Assembly (NCBI GenBank): GCA_002256025.1
Contig: NKIB01013182.1
Location: 1 to 62,954, forward strand
Origin: Asterionella formosa
Lineage: Eukaryota
Reading direction: 5' to 3'
DNA length: 62,954 nucleotides
Positions 47,801 through 60,100 of the stretch are shown here, one piece after another. The position numbers and the translations under genes were made by a program. How positions within the stretch are numbered: position 1 is the first letter of the stretch; each line of letters opens with the position of its first letter. The notes beneath the pieces were generated by a model, which saw only the letters and a program-made list of their open reading frames with translations, ran no database searches and was not told the DNA's origin.

Positions 47801-48953
47801 CCCTATTCCAGTGCTAAATCCAAAAGAGACCATCAAGAATCTGCTTCCTTTGATGATGATGGGAATGGTTCTTATGCGGGGAGAAAAGGCCTTGTCGATC
47901 CTCGCAGCATCAATGTTGGAAGAAGTCGATCAGGTTCCAGAGAATTGGATCGCTTCTTCGCAGGAGATTATTGGGTATTTATTCTCCCAGAATGCCAAAA
48001 ACTCATTGATTCCAGGTATTGCGGATGCAATGATGATGAAGGAAGATCTCATCGATTTCGTTTCCAGAGCCACTGAGGTAACCTACACCCGACACCAGGA
48101 GTTACACAATGGAAATGATTGGAACGGGGAACTATCTTTCCTGAGCCACTTGTTGGAACGGTATGATCCTCGACGCTCATTTTCTGGTTTGAAAGCTAAG
48201 TGGTTTTTAAATGGAAACGTAGTTTGGTCTGTCCCAAATTATGAGGGACAGAAAGAAGCGCCTTCTGTAAGTCCAGCTCTTCAGCGACTAGAAGAAAATT
48301 ACATAATGTGCCCTTTTGGAATTGAATCACAGACCATGATCCCAGATCAGCAAAGTAGTGCATCTGCAGGGGTTAGTATCCTCAAAAGCACATCCATGTT
48401 CAGCGAGATGACTGAACCAAAAAATTTCTTTGAAGGAGAAGACGAAAGCTGGGATATGCAATCTTTGGGGATTCGCAATGGAATTCCCCCTGAAAGACAT
48501 GTGTGCCTAAGTGTGACTCCAACGTTGGTAGACCATCCAGATAATCAGACATTGTCGACAGCATCACTTACTTCACAAGAGACGTCTGACTTGGCTATCA
48601 ATAAAGCCTGGCAACAAAATTTAGTTTTTCAGGAAACACATCTAAACGGGAACCTGGAGAAACTGAAAATACTGGATTTTGACGAACAGAACATGATTCA
48701 AGGCGAACCAACGTTAAGCCAACTTGGCCATGATGATACTTTCTATGATGAGAGCACAGTTTGTTCTTTTGGTTTGGACACTGGAAGCTATTCAAAACAA
48801 GGCAAAATTGACGTGTCAAACAGGGTTCTCCAACAGCTGTGTAGTTTAGAAGAACGGCTTCTTAGTCGAGAAATTGAACTTCAGCAGCTCAAGTCAGATC
48901 TTAATGCATTTACACAGGAAGCGATGAAGCAAAAGCAACTAGCAAAAAAATAA
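44892..48953 (+). CDS. Large hypothetical protein with degenerate ankyrin-like (LPLH-type) repeats and C-terminal coiled coil
   Basis: 1353-aa intronless ORF; GRLALHVAC, SDLPVHLLAR, RILPLHIAS, ALPLELL; C-terminal LEERLLSREIELQQLKSDL. Confidence 0.7.
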   Translation: MVQNAFVDNVEICVMCVCDKPPRLPLREELVSLGVEVIRNAKGTGVNAIKSAVKETVKGFRKTIKDREKKRFRFFPRVAKQKELERDLRQGRKSITYHDYARKLLEQTSSEDSSSLSSCGSIFTSENEMQPGQGQPGLPTSAEAKVAGKDQRDVQQQTIDSAWAKFTASDQELEAKEILRFPEQGGVLTNVVSGWRHGWDERDSNLAFAVFSQDNQGLKTKVTGDIDASFSWSSEPKYAFPTETYCTSDERDTSNDFNNPFSFTNETPFNDEDDADRTSIHGLSELFGTESYTNRNLPWYENFEMNMTTGSPVIANMNKLEMPLIPSNVPSVLTEQEKRQIGSRNWAISTFNGIADGIYEVTSSNESETFKEPIEDNRNHTSSVNDLLRVSAACVNGTGSACAAFQSNTTKKEFFTTLNKVFAVPEEIQTILNGQPELAKAKMRTDGRLALHVACNRCFPDRFRKKKTTDLLSILDHLINDISMFRSIIEIVARAFKEACAVPDKNSDLPVHLLARRLLEWESEWHFKFENGSILSGENMAKLTRLHREMALSIDIVLEPIAVTRASCCRRGSVGRILPLHIASIFIVQYNTLEKVLATYPEAATVPCNLNGLQSVFKSDALPLELLESRRNQNVSDELVKHDQKAKKGKYGVKWTQSVLDNGSHAEDLVCRSDLIFAFYPSILPFRKDADRMQRIESLICTEAKFQAVMSDFDDSLFDPAVRSAWVWMCTFDESTADEKDSYVPSVEHIVNSLDLNAVKKLSAMKTFRGQKVLDIAISPCAEVIRSRLDGNNMTTQKFSPSDSMLSISSSLLSRRSILRNTKLSQHYRSQRATLHVSSLAKQVFNVKTSAFPTSFVILPYKLKRNQDGSLSLESAASANTAAKFANLLLEFTQPRNIHHILERKANQFSERQVEDMHTDGWAFNEVTLNLLTNDLLSLFRKQKCGFLYLLDEASGVPVVPSETDSHLSFPIPVLNPKETIKNLLPLMMMGMVLMRGEKALSILAASMLEEVDQVPENWIASSQEIIGYLFSQNAKNSLIPGIADAMMMKEDLIDFVSRATEVTYTRHQELHNGNDWNGELSFLSHLLERYDPRRSFSGLKAKWFLNGNVVWSVPNYEGQKEAPSVSPALQRLEENYIMCPFGIESQTMIPDQQSSASAGVSILKSTSMFSEMTEPKNFFEGEDESWDMQSLGIRNGIPPERHVCLSVTPTLVDHPDNQTLSTASLTSQETSDLAINKAWQQNLVFQETHLNGNLEKLKILDFDEQNMIQGEPTLSQLGHDDTFYDESTVCSFGLDTGSYSKQGKIDVSNRVLQQLCSLEERLLSREIELQQLKSDLNAFTQEAMKQKQLAKK

Positions 48954-50640
48954 ATGGAGAAATAAGAAAATATGGGGATCGAGGCAGTATTACATAACAT
49001 GTGATAACGACGAGGCTAGCATGCTAATAATAGAACAAAGTTTATGGGGCACAAAATCCTTTCCTTGTAATTTTCCCTTTCTTGTTTTCAGGTCCTCCTG
49101 ATCCTCCTTCTTATCATCATCCATCCAACGATGAATCAAGGTGGAAGAAGCAGGCCATGGGCAACCAACCTCCAACTTGATTCATTGCAACGCCATTGAT
49201 TTTCTTGTGCAATGATGGCTCGAACGCGTCCCTCACAGCAATAATTATCGGGATCCCCTTGACAAAGTCCCATCGCAATCGGGATCGATTGATGCATCGC
49301 TTGAACAACCTCTAGTTCGGTACCCTTTTGACATTTAAATACGAAATTGCAAACCATCATCGTATCATTGTGTCCGACCATCGGAATTGCCTTTGCCGAC
49401 TGGTCCCATTTTGAGACCTTTCTGTGATGCCATTCTTGAGTGTGATGATCAGAGCATACCGGTAGTTTGGATGAAACAAAACATTCTTGGATGTTCCACA
49501 ACCAGCTTCGTGCAGCAATCGCACCACTTCCAGGACTATGGATTGCTGGAGATCCTGCTAGCTAATCCAGGAGAATCAATGCCCGCAACATGAATAAATT
49601 TGCCATTTGTCAGCGCCCATGGTACAAAAACCCAATCCCACTGTAGGCATTGTGTATACCGGGTACTTACTTTTTTGTATGTATGTAGAAAAATGTCGGC
49701 TGACCTCACGATCCAATTCAAAAATTCAAAATCTACTGCTGGTATCCATGACCCGATCGAGCATGGAATCTAAATGTAGTACCGGTATGTTGGATCAACG
49801 ACATGGGGCTTTTCTATCGTGGGACAGGGCAAAATATTCATCGCCAGCCCGCCAAAATGAATGCAAGCAAGACAAGGACACACAAGACCCCCAAAAAAAT
49901 GATGTATTCATGACTTAATACAAACATACAATATAGTATTCCCAAGATCATCTGTTTGCATAAATAAGTGCTAATAAATAACTATGTGGTCCCTTTTTGG
50001 ACTACCGGTAGGTATGCAGTTGAGCATGATGATGGGTACCTGGTACAGGGACAGGATTTGCTACATAGGTTCTGTATCGAAGGTACCATGGTACTTCCAT
50101 GAGCTCTCACTACCATCCTTACAGAGGGGTAGACTTGCATTTAAGAAAATCGACTATCCAATTAATAGTTATCCATCTAAATTAGTCGATTCGTCCTACA
50201 AGTACGAGTAATGAATTCCATGCATACCACATGCATGACGTTTCTTTTGTTCTCGACTTGTTGAATTTTTTTTTCGTTTTGTCGGAAAATTCGTTCAAGA
50301 CAAGAAAGAAGTGCACCATGTGTGCCACACTTTTTACTCGTATCTGTATTAGTCAGTATACTCGTAATATACCACACTGCCACACAGTACATTTTTTCAT
50401 CATTTTTACCTTGCTTACTATTCCGTCATACTACCGGTAATCATTACGCCTTGACATGTATGACACAAACATTAGTCTACGAGTACCTAACACCACCAGG
50501 TACCATACCCGGCAATAAAATATATATGTGTGTAAACTACCGGTATGAGTATGAGTATTAGGATAATACTGGTATCGGTATTCTCAAGCAGATTCATTTC
50601 CGTTCTCATCATTTGAACCTCCCTTTCCGACTTTGTTGCA

Positions 50641-50673
<33 letters not shown>

Positions 50674-50777
50674 CGGGGGGGGGGGGGGGGGGGTGGGGGG
50701 GGGGGGGGTGGGGNNNNNNNNNNCCCCCCCCCCCCCCCCCCCCCCCCCCCCCTTCCTCCCCCCCCCCCCCCCCCCCC
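50641..50777. other. Scaffold gap flanked by poly-G / poly-C sequencing artefact
   Basis: ~70 G, then 10 N, then ~55 C; typical of no-signal poly-G read tails joined across a gap. Confidence 0.9.
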
Positions 50778-50877
50778 ACAAAGTCTCCTGACATACATCA
50801 GCTCACAACCAGTAGCTATAATCCATATGTATATTGGATAGATACGAAAGCAACCTTAATACAGCTACAATACCAAA

Positions 50878-52194
50878 ATGGTTCGTTTTGTTGTTGTTGT
50901 TGCCATGGTGATTGTCCAGTTCAGTTCTTGCCATTCAGCAGCAGTAGCAGCAGCAGATGTTGCCAGAAGTAGCAGCGATCGAAACACAATTACAACACCC
51001 AAATCACGTCGGGATCGATTCCCTTCCATTGACGAACGGGTTCAATTGTACATGTCCAATTGGTATGCGCCTCCATGTTCGAAACGAGATGAATTCCCCA
51101 TTTCCGTTCTTGGCGACACTCTGACCGTGGCCAACACTACCTTTGGGTCGGACGTTATTCCTGATCAAGTCTTTTGGGTACGACCCAATGTCATTTTCGA
51201 TTGTGCACGATCAGAAGCACAAGTCGAACAAGTAACGTACCCAGAGACGGAATCAAAGATTAAATTTCGTCAGAATATGCGCATGTATTGTTTTGATGTA
51301 CTGGAAATGATGGATTTGGTACATCATGTGGGACACCCTCAGTTACCATTACTGGTGCAATTTGGAGATTTGAAACATTCACATGTCTATGGAGACGTGC
51401 CCTTTCCTCACATGAAGAAGTTCCGTTCGGGGACACCTAGTTTACCTCTGGTGCTGTCCAAGGACTGTTATACACAAACGTCTCGACGGGTGTTGCAGAC
51501 ATTTCATTCCACGACTATCCTACAACCTATTATTTGGAAATTGGCCACTCATCGGCATTACAGGAATTTAGAAAAAGTATGTCGACATGATACCGAATGG
51601 GATCATAAAGTACCACGTGCGGTTTGGAAAGGTCAATTGACGGGGTCGGCGCAGGGATTTGATAAAACCAAGACACCCTTGCAAAATTGTCTGTCGTTGC
51701 GTCGGTGTCGATTGGTGTACCAATCCCACAACTCGACCTTGGTGGATGCTCAATTAACTACAACACGTAATCGACTGCCCAACATTCTCAATGAAGTACC
51801 ATTGGTTAGCCCAAAGGTGACTATTCAAGATTTGATGAAATACAAGGCACTCATCATGTTGGAAGGTAATGATGTAGCATCGGGTCTGAAATGGGCACTC
51901 TTGTCACAATCGGTTGTTTTAATGCCACCACCAAAACATACATCTTGGGCTATGGAGGAATGGCTCATCCCGTGGGTACATTATATTCCTCTACTGGATG
52001 ATATTTCTGATGTGGAACAACAGATGCAATGGGTTGTGGATCATGATGATGAAGCACGACGTATATCGGAACGTGCCACATTGTGGATGGAAGATTTATG
52101 CTTTCATCCTGATGCAAAACAAGACGATCGATTGATTATGGAAGATATGTTGAGACGATATTCCGCGCATTTTGACATGAGGCACATTCAGTAG
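50878..52194 (+). CDS. Glycosyltransferase family 90 (CAP10/Rumi-like) protein
   Basis: Signal peptide; W..K.PRAVWKGQLTG, KYKALIMLEGNDVASGLKWALLSQSVVLMP, LIPWVHYIPL, ARRISERA. Confidence 0.85.
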   Translation: MVRFVVVVAMVIVQFSSCHSAAVAAADVARSSSDRNTITTPKSRRDRFPSIDERVQLYMSNWYAPPCSKRDEFPISVLGDTLTVANTTFGSDVIPDQVFWVRPNVIFDCARSEAQVEQVTYPETESKIKFRQNMRMYCFDVLEMMDLVHHVGHPQLPLLVQFGDLKHSHVYGDVPFPHMKKFRSGTPSLPLVLSKDCYTQTSRRVLQTFHSTTILQPIIWKLATHRHYRNLEKVCRHDTEWDHKVPRAVWKGQLTGSAQGFDKTKTPLQNCLSLRRCRLVYQSHNSTLVDAQLTTTRNRLPNILNEVPLVSPKVTIQDLMKYKALIMLEGNDVASGLKWALLSQSVVLMPPPKHTSWAMEEWLIPWVHYIPLLDDISDVEQQMQWVVDHDDEARRISERATLWMEDLCFHPDAKQDDRLIMEDMLRRYSAHFDMRHIQ

Positions 52195-54187
52195 CTATGG
52201 TAGTGTGATCGAGGGGATATCCAGTGCAGCCTATGGTTTTCGTTTCACACTTTGTAAATTATCATCAATTCAAGTAACAGTGATGATGGTTGCGAAACTG
52301 CTCTGTTCCATTTATGTGTATTGGCTTTGACATGTATGTAATATCTTGAATCATGGATTGCCTACGATGCAAGAGTTCATAATGTTGGTCAACTTTATCC
52401 ATTTGTTCGAGTACCACAGACTTTTAATACATACTTTTTAAGTAATGAGTTCCATGTCTGGTACTTAATGCACAAATCACCCTTTAATAATATCATTCCA
52501 GCATGTGTTCATATACAGGTAGCTAAGGAATGTGCCTACTATGAGCAATGTCCAAGCCAATCCATAATTTGTAGTAAAGGGAAATTGATCAGGATAGTTC
52601 ACCTATCCAGAAAACATTGCATCTGTTTTGATACAGTCATTGAAAGTACTGGATAAAACAGGAAAATTTTTGAATCATATCCTATGATATTATGACGACT
52701 ACTTATCTATAAGTGTAACCAATAATAGTCCCTTCATATTTGTCCACTGAAGGATAACATTGCAAATTCTGTGGTATCAGAATATATGCTGTATGGGTTG
52801 CCTGTAATAATGGATCTAGAAATTCTTGGATAGCTGTTTTTCCTTCATTACTCCCCTTGATTCAAGGTGATGATAGATGTCATTGCAATAGCTCTATCTT
52901 GAAGAGGCCTGGCTGATACTCTGTGTTATTTGATTTGATGGCACTTCATCCTTGTGCACAAATGAATTCTATTTTAATCAGGATGCTATGTGGAGTTGAC
53001 CCATATGTTCCCATACTTTGACCAATGACTGTATCTTATCATATGCAAAGGGTGTCCAATGGTGAAAGCTCTGAGTATAGCAGTGTAATATATATTTTTA
53101 CTTTATTTCTTTGTTGAAATGTGTGTTAGATTACTTTGAATGTGTCGTATGCACATGAAGAAAGGCCTACCACATGCATGATGGTAATTCTGTAGAACAT
53201 ATATATTTGGTATCGTACCGGTATTACCGGTACTGGTACCAGGGTACCAGGTACCTGGTGACTTCAGGAAATATCACACTACCGGAACCGGGTAACCCAC
53301 ATTACAGTACGACAGAAGGAAGGCCGCAGCAAAATCAAGGCAGTCCGTGTTTCGGCTGGAGGATGTGTGTTGTCTACCGGCATTGTATTCATGGGAAAAC
53401 AAGGAGGGTGCCAACTCGCTTCAAAACCATCCTCAGTCGACCAGGGGGGCAAGATTGGTCGTGGGTGGTGCTGCTACATAGCTAAAATTCTTTGTGCCAG
53501 GTACCGCAGAAAGAATTGTTTATAGATGTAAAGATGCTTTGTAAGATTTTATTGCTGTCTTGATATGAATATCCGGTGTACATGATACAGTCGTATGCAT
53601 TACTTACTTCCACATGATGGATTCTCTGCATCAAAGCCGATATCCCAGCATGTTCGGAAGAGCTCGTTGATGACAGAAGACCGCACAAGAACCAGTGCCA
53701 TGAAAAGCAAATGAATGCATTGTGTTACAATGCTCCCATGTGTCTACTGGCTGTAGCACAATCAAAAACCTGGTTCCTGGTCTCGGACTCCTATATACTT
53801 GCAACTATTTGTATGTTTAACATCAAAACTGAATCGCATCCTCCGGAATACCTTATTAATACAGTACATATTTATTAGGTAAACTTCTCTACTTGGTGAG
53901 AACCACGAGAACAATAACTGGATCAGATATGACATAGGTAAAGATTTTCCCATGGAATGTGCCTTGACTTGGATTTTTCCAATACCAGGTTTTCGTGTAT
54001 TCCGATGAGTATTGAATTGCACCATACTGTAGGATGAATGAAAATTTCATTCTCTCGTGGATTGACCAACCAAGTGTAAATGCGAACTGTTCCAAATGTT
54101 TCTATCCTTTCTTGCTTGAACCCACAAGTTCGAGTTTAGAGTTTTGGATCCATACACAGTCCTTTTGCATTTCTTGCTTCAACAGAC

Positions 54188-57100
54188 ATGGTCTTGAGCA
54201 CACAAGATGCAGAGTCTGTGGAGTTCTATGAGGAGACCTTTGACATTCAGATCCCAACTATTATTTCCCATAATGATCCGTTTGCTACGGCCAATTCCGC
54301 GGTGGAAGATGACAATGATAATGATTCCTCGGTTCTGTCAAGAGTGGGCACAGATGGTAACGCAGTGGAGGTGGAAGACGCGTCCGATTCATTACTCATT
54401 ATCCCTATGGACATTGACGAGGAACCAGTAATCATGTGTACTCCTGTGATGGAGAATGTGGCACGACCTGTATCAAACAATGACCCGATGGAAATTGACA
54501 CTGATGTCTCGTTAGTTGAGAATATTAAAGACGTCCCACCTGCAACCCCGTTCAATGATGCATCGAATCCTAATCAGATCAAAACAGTTGCTCAAGATGA
54601 CTCGGTCCAGGAAACAACACCTGTGAGTAAGAATGTACATATCACTTTGAATCGAGAATGTTTGTCTCACCAACATGTTTATTTTCAATTCAGATTCTAG
54701 TTGAGAATGATGGCGTTCCTATTTCAGCTACCATCCAAAAATCGGAATGTGATGATGCTCCGGATGAACACCAAAGAATTTCACCTTTGAGCTTCAAAAC
54801 TGATGATGACGTGAACTTACCTGAATGCGCAGAAACAACTCTTGTGAAACTTGTGGATCTTCTTTCCTCCATCAAGAACTCTGACAATCCGGAACAACGT
54901 GCAAAGATTGAGGCTTCTCTCGCTCTTTTGACAAAGCAGCTTGGAGGAAACGTGGTCAACCCTGAAATTGACAGCTTATTGGACCAATTACAAACACCTA
55001 ACCTCGGTTATTCTGAACTTCTTGCCTTGACTACTAAGATGCTCACTTTGCTCCGACCTGTTGATTTGAATAGACTCTACTGTCTACTGACTGCGAATCA
55101 TTCGACTGGCAATAGCATTGCTGACAAGGACATTATACTTCTATTAGGAGGTACAGGTTCAGGAAAAACCACAACTCTCTTGTTTCTCGCTGGCTGCGAC
55201 TTTATTGAGCAGGAAATAAATGGTTTTGACCATCTTTTCCCAGTTGTTGACGAGAAGAATGCCCAACTTGCTTTATTTTCTACTTCGCATCGGGCTTGCT
55301 CGGAAACCCGAACGATTCAAGCCGTTGAACTCTCTGTAGATGGAAAAACTGTCTATGTTTGTGATACTCCCGGCTTTGGCGACACTGGAGGCGTGGAATA
55401 TGAGATCGCCAATGGAATTGGGATAGTCCGCGCGTTGCATCGAGCCAAAACAGTGAGACCGGTGTTGATTCTGAGCGAGAAGGGAATGGGAGATCGCTTT
55501 CAAGGCGTTTCAGAAATATTGACCACTATTACTCGATTGCTTGGCGACAATTTTGAGATCGGTGCCTTTCAATATGCTTTCACAAAATATGAACCTCGAC
55601 TTCGAGAAAGACTATGTCGGCAATTTACAGCTAAGTGCGATGACCTCAATGGTATCGAAGGTACTCATGAGATGTTCGGTGCATTTGTTAATGATATAAT
55701 TCGAAAGACCACACCGATTGCCAACCTAGTCCTTCCCATGGAGCGCAACGGTGATAAACTACTTCATACATTGATGAGTGGTACTTCAGTGGAAAAGCCG
55801 AATGAGAAATTTGTTCCCTTCATGTCTGAGGCCTCCAGCAATAAATTGAAGCTTCAGCTGAGTTACACTCTTGATTCATTTCATTGTTGTTTTGCTGCAG
55901 AAATGCTGGCCGAATCGTTCTACTATCTCGGACTGCTCAAGGACCTGAGTAGTGTTCTTCCAGAAGCTCAAGAAGCTGCAAGCAAGGCATCACAAGAAAT
56001 GGAACAGTACGTTTCCGAAAAACGGCAGAAGCTGAGCCAGTCGTTAACCAAGTGCTTGGAAGTGAGGGATCACTCAAGATTGTTTGAGGGCGAGATTTTG
56101 GTGGTTGAATCGGAAATGAAATGCTTGATCAGATTCGATGCATTACTGGGAGGAAATTCCAATCTAGAGTTTTCTCTTCAGAAAGTAAAGGATACAATGC
56201 TTTTACTTGGAGAATGCATTCTTCGTATTGATGAAGAAAATACCCCTTTTGGCTATGTGATATCTCAAGGTAATGCCATTGTGGCTTCCCTAGTTCAAAC
56301 CATGGTTCTTAGTAATCTTGTGGACCGTATCAGCCTCTCGGGTCATGCAGTAAACTCTGCGGTGGCAGACATACACGTGCGATGTTGCCATGTGGTTCAT
56401 TCTATTTTACAGGGGGCTGTCAAGGGAGCTGAACTTCGCGAACAACAAATCTGGAAGCCCACTTCAACTGAGCGCTCGTTGAAAGAACTAGTGGCCAACA
56501 TGATTTTCATTCGAAAGGTACTTCGGCCCGCGAAAGATTGCTATTCGATGAAGGCGGATGACCTCGAAGCTAGCTGGAAAGAATTCAAAAGCCACCTGGA
56601 AACTGAACTAATAATGCACATTGAAAAAGTATCCACCTCCCTTCGCTTTCACGTTGACAATTGGAATATCGAGGCTTTACTGGGAATCGATACCACATTG
56701 ATTGTGGCTGACTATCAAAAACTGGTTTTGAATTTTTAGCATTTCCAGAAATGTTTGATGGTCTCTATCGGATGAAATATTGTGATGCAGAAAAGGCTCG
56801 TGAGAAAGCTGAATCGGGAATCATTGAATTGTCTATTCATTTGGCACAAGGTTGTCTTAAGTTGAGGAATGATTTGACCGATGTCTGCGGCTTGCCTGAG
56901 GTTCAGATTTTACTCGAAACTACTGCTCGTATCTCACATATTCTTAAGACATTGAAAAGTGGTTCTGACAAAATCGGATCTGATTGCGGTGTGTGGCATG
57001 GTCGTGTGGTTGCAATGGAAAATTCCCTCCAAGAGCAGTTCATTTTACTTGAGTGCGCGGCAGACAAAGTTGTTGTGGACGCAATTTCTCATGGCGAGAA

Positions 57101-60100
57101 ATGTCTCGCCGATTTTCAAAGTGGTAGTATCCAAATTTCGCTGAAGAACCTTTCCAATGCTTGGGACTCTTTGAGTAAACTATTTATTGTTTCACCTGTG
57201 AAGAAAGGGAAGAAGTCTTGGTTTCCAAATTTTTTCTGGTCGCCTCCAGCGGATCCTTCAAGCAATCCAGCAGTTCGCGACCGACATAAATCACAGATTT
57301 CAAAACTTATGGATTGTATTGCACGTACGGTTATGAAATGTTTGCAGTCTGCGATGCATTTGATAACTGCAACGCCCTGGGCTTCTGGAGATGGCATCTT
57401 GGAACCTTTCCGGTCCGCTGTATTTTCAAACGAAGCTATTTTCTTCTTGGCGTTCCTTAATATTCACGAAAACGGCTCGTTGCTTACTAAAAGCATAATG
57501 TATACAAGTGGTCACCCTCATTTGATCCATCCAACAATTCTAAAAAGATCCATTGCAGCCATGACTGCCTTCTTTAGCAAATGGGCAAATACGTGGTCAC
57601 ATTCGATGAAATTGAACAATTACATGCTTCTGGCAAGCATGCTTAATATTCTACGCGATGACAGTTGGGGATTTTGGAAATTCATGTTTGAACTTGATCC
57701 CTGCAACTTTGACTCCTAACACTTACGTCCAAGAAAGGAAGTCTTCAATTTAATCATAGGAATCCAACAATGCAAGAATTTCGACGACAGCAATGCATCG
57801 ATCCTTGCGAGCCTACTCCAAATCCAAGACAAAACTTGTCACGTTTCATTTCTTTTGAGAAATGAGACCCAAACGGCGAACGAAGATGACCTGAATGCAT
57901 TCTATAAGGGTTTAGTAGACTCGATTGAATCTACCAATGGCATTGAGTGCCTCCAAGGCATTGTAGATTCTTCTGTCATTGACATCATCACACTTCAATC
58001 ACATGGAAAAGCTAATATAATGGCACAGGCAAAGGCCATTGGTCATCGTGTTATCACTCTACTCGAAGCATTTCCAAACAACCGGGAGGCATGTAAGAAT
58101 ATCTACATTTGGATGGGCAACATGACTTCTATGGAGATTTGTTTCTCAGCCGTGCTTGTTGAAGTTGCGAACTTAATCAAGGAACTGAAGCAGCAAGCCC
58201 AACAATCCCTAACTGATCGCATGAATGGAGATTTGAGACATTTCCTTTCAAGTCTTACTAGGGTCATACACAAGGAGTTGGTTATGCACTTGATAATGTT
58301 GAAGAAAGCAACGTTGGAGATTCCTTGTTGGCGAGTTGAAATAAATTCCATGATTAGTAACGTTATATCAAAAATGGCTGATCAAACAAACAACAAAGAC
58401 CGATTCGTGCTAACACTCTTGTTGGAGCTTCAAAATATCCAAGATAATGACTCCTCAATTGCCAAGCAAATAATATCCGAACATGAATGTTTCAAAGGTG
58501 CAACGAATGCTGTTTTTAATTCCGCCACCAAATGTCAAGGAATCGACTATGTACTGAGATGCTTGAAACTGCCTCAAGGTAGTGATGCGGAAACCTCCCT
58601 CAAGGAAATGTACCATCAATTTCAGAAGGAGTATAACTTGTACGTGGACGAGGGAATCGGGATATTCCTTGCCATCGATAGCAGCGCAGATGACATGGAT
58701 AATTTGTTTGAGCGAATTGTTCATGAAGCCACCCGGATCGCCAGGGACTTTAGCATTGCTTATCGTTCGCAAATTGTCAGTATATGCGCCAATGTGTTTG
58801 CGTATTGGACATTAGTGAACTCCACGAGCTCACTGCAGACATATTCACCTGGTGAATCATTCCCTGCTGACGAAGGGCATGAGAAAATAATGAGACCCCA
58901 TGCAGCTCAAGTCGTTGGAATTTGGTCTCTTTTGAACTACAAAGAAGCTGAAGTTTGCGATCTACAGAATCAACTGGTGGAAGTCTTGACAGGAGAAGGA
59001 AAATCCATTGTTCTTGGAGTAACTGCCATTGTGCTTGCGTTGTTCAATTGTACGGTTGAGTGTGTTTGTTACAGTACCTATTTAAGTGACCGCGATGAAT
59101 GCGCTTTCTCCGAAATGTTCAAGCAATTCGGAGTTGAGGAGTTTATCAATTATGGGACAATTGATTCAATGATGGAACGATTTGTGAATCAGGACGGATG
59201 TATTCGTGATCTAACTGCTAAACTGGCTTTCACCAGTGCAAGTATCAATTCGAAGAGAAAAGAAGGAGAAATGGACGAGACAAAGCGAAGAGTGTTCCTT
59301 GTTGATGAAGTTGATGTGTTTTTTAAGGACGACTTTTACGGTATCACACACAATCTCGGAGCGTCAATGCACCATGAAAGGATTCAGTCCCTTTTTCAAA
59401 ATGCTTGGGAGTGCGGAAACAAAGGCAATACAAAACCTGGACCAAAATGGGATCAATGTGTCAACCTTTTTCGCAACGAACTACATCCTCTCATGAAGAG
59501 TGAGTTTCTCAAAATGTTTAGGGAAGCTAAGGAAGCGAATTGTCATCATTATTTGGTGTCAGATGGAAAGATTGCCTACAAAAACCTTGACGGACTCACG
59601 ACGTCACGTTATTATTCCTATTTCACTGCCTTTGCCTATATCAAGGAATATGAAAAAGATTCAGTCACGCACTCTGAAATGCTCAGAAATCTTAATATTC
59701 ACCTGTCTTGCGGAACATTATCGTATGCTGAAATACCGGTTCACTTTGATGTCATCATTGGGGTAACGGGTACACTCAAAGGTATATCGGAACAAGAATG
59801 GGGCATTTTACAGTCCTGCTACGATATTTGGAAAGTGCGATGCAGCTTTTTGCCATCTGTGTATGGAGACAACAAACTCCGATTTGCTGGCGACTCTGAA
59901 AGAGGTAAGTGCTGTGTCCCACAAAAACACAGTCGCTCCACACATTTTTAATTCTCACATTTTTTCTAAAGACGTGAAACTTTGCAGAGACGAGGACTCT
60001 TTCTTTCTTGATCTTGTCCATGAGATTGAAGCAAGGCGACGACCAGAAAGTCCAGGATACGATATTAAGCGTCCAGTGATGGTTTTCTTTGAGTCATCGA

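Noticed and set aside
50487..50972. Poly-Gly/poly-Pro ORFs, or a G-quadruplex/hairpin element
   Set aside because: They span an N gap flanked by homopolymer G/C, which is a sequencing/scaffolding artefact.
56725..56745. Programmed -1 ribosomal frameshift
   Set aside because: G AAT TTT is not a canonical X XXY YYZ slippery heptamer, and no obvious downstream structure was seen.
57717..57719. TAA read as Gln (ciliate code), implying contamination or alternative genetic code
   Set aside because: Only one such codon occurs in ~2,250, other genes in the window terminate with TAA/TAG, and a frameshift is also present; a simple nonsense mutation is more parsimonious.
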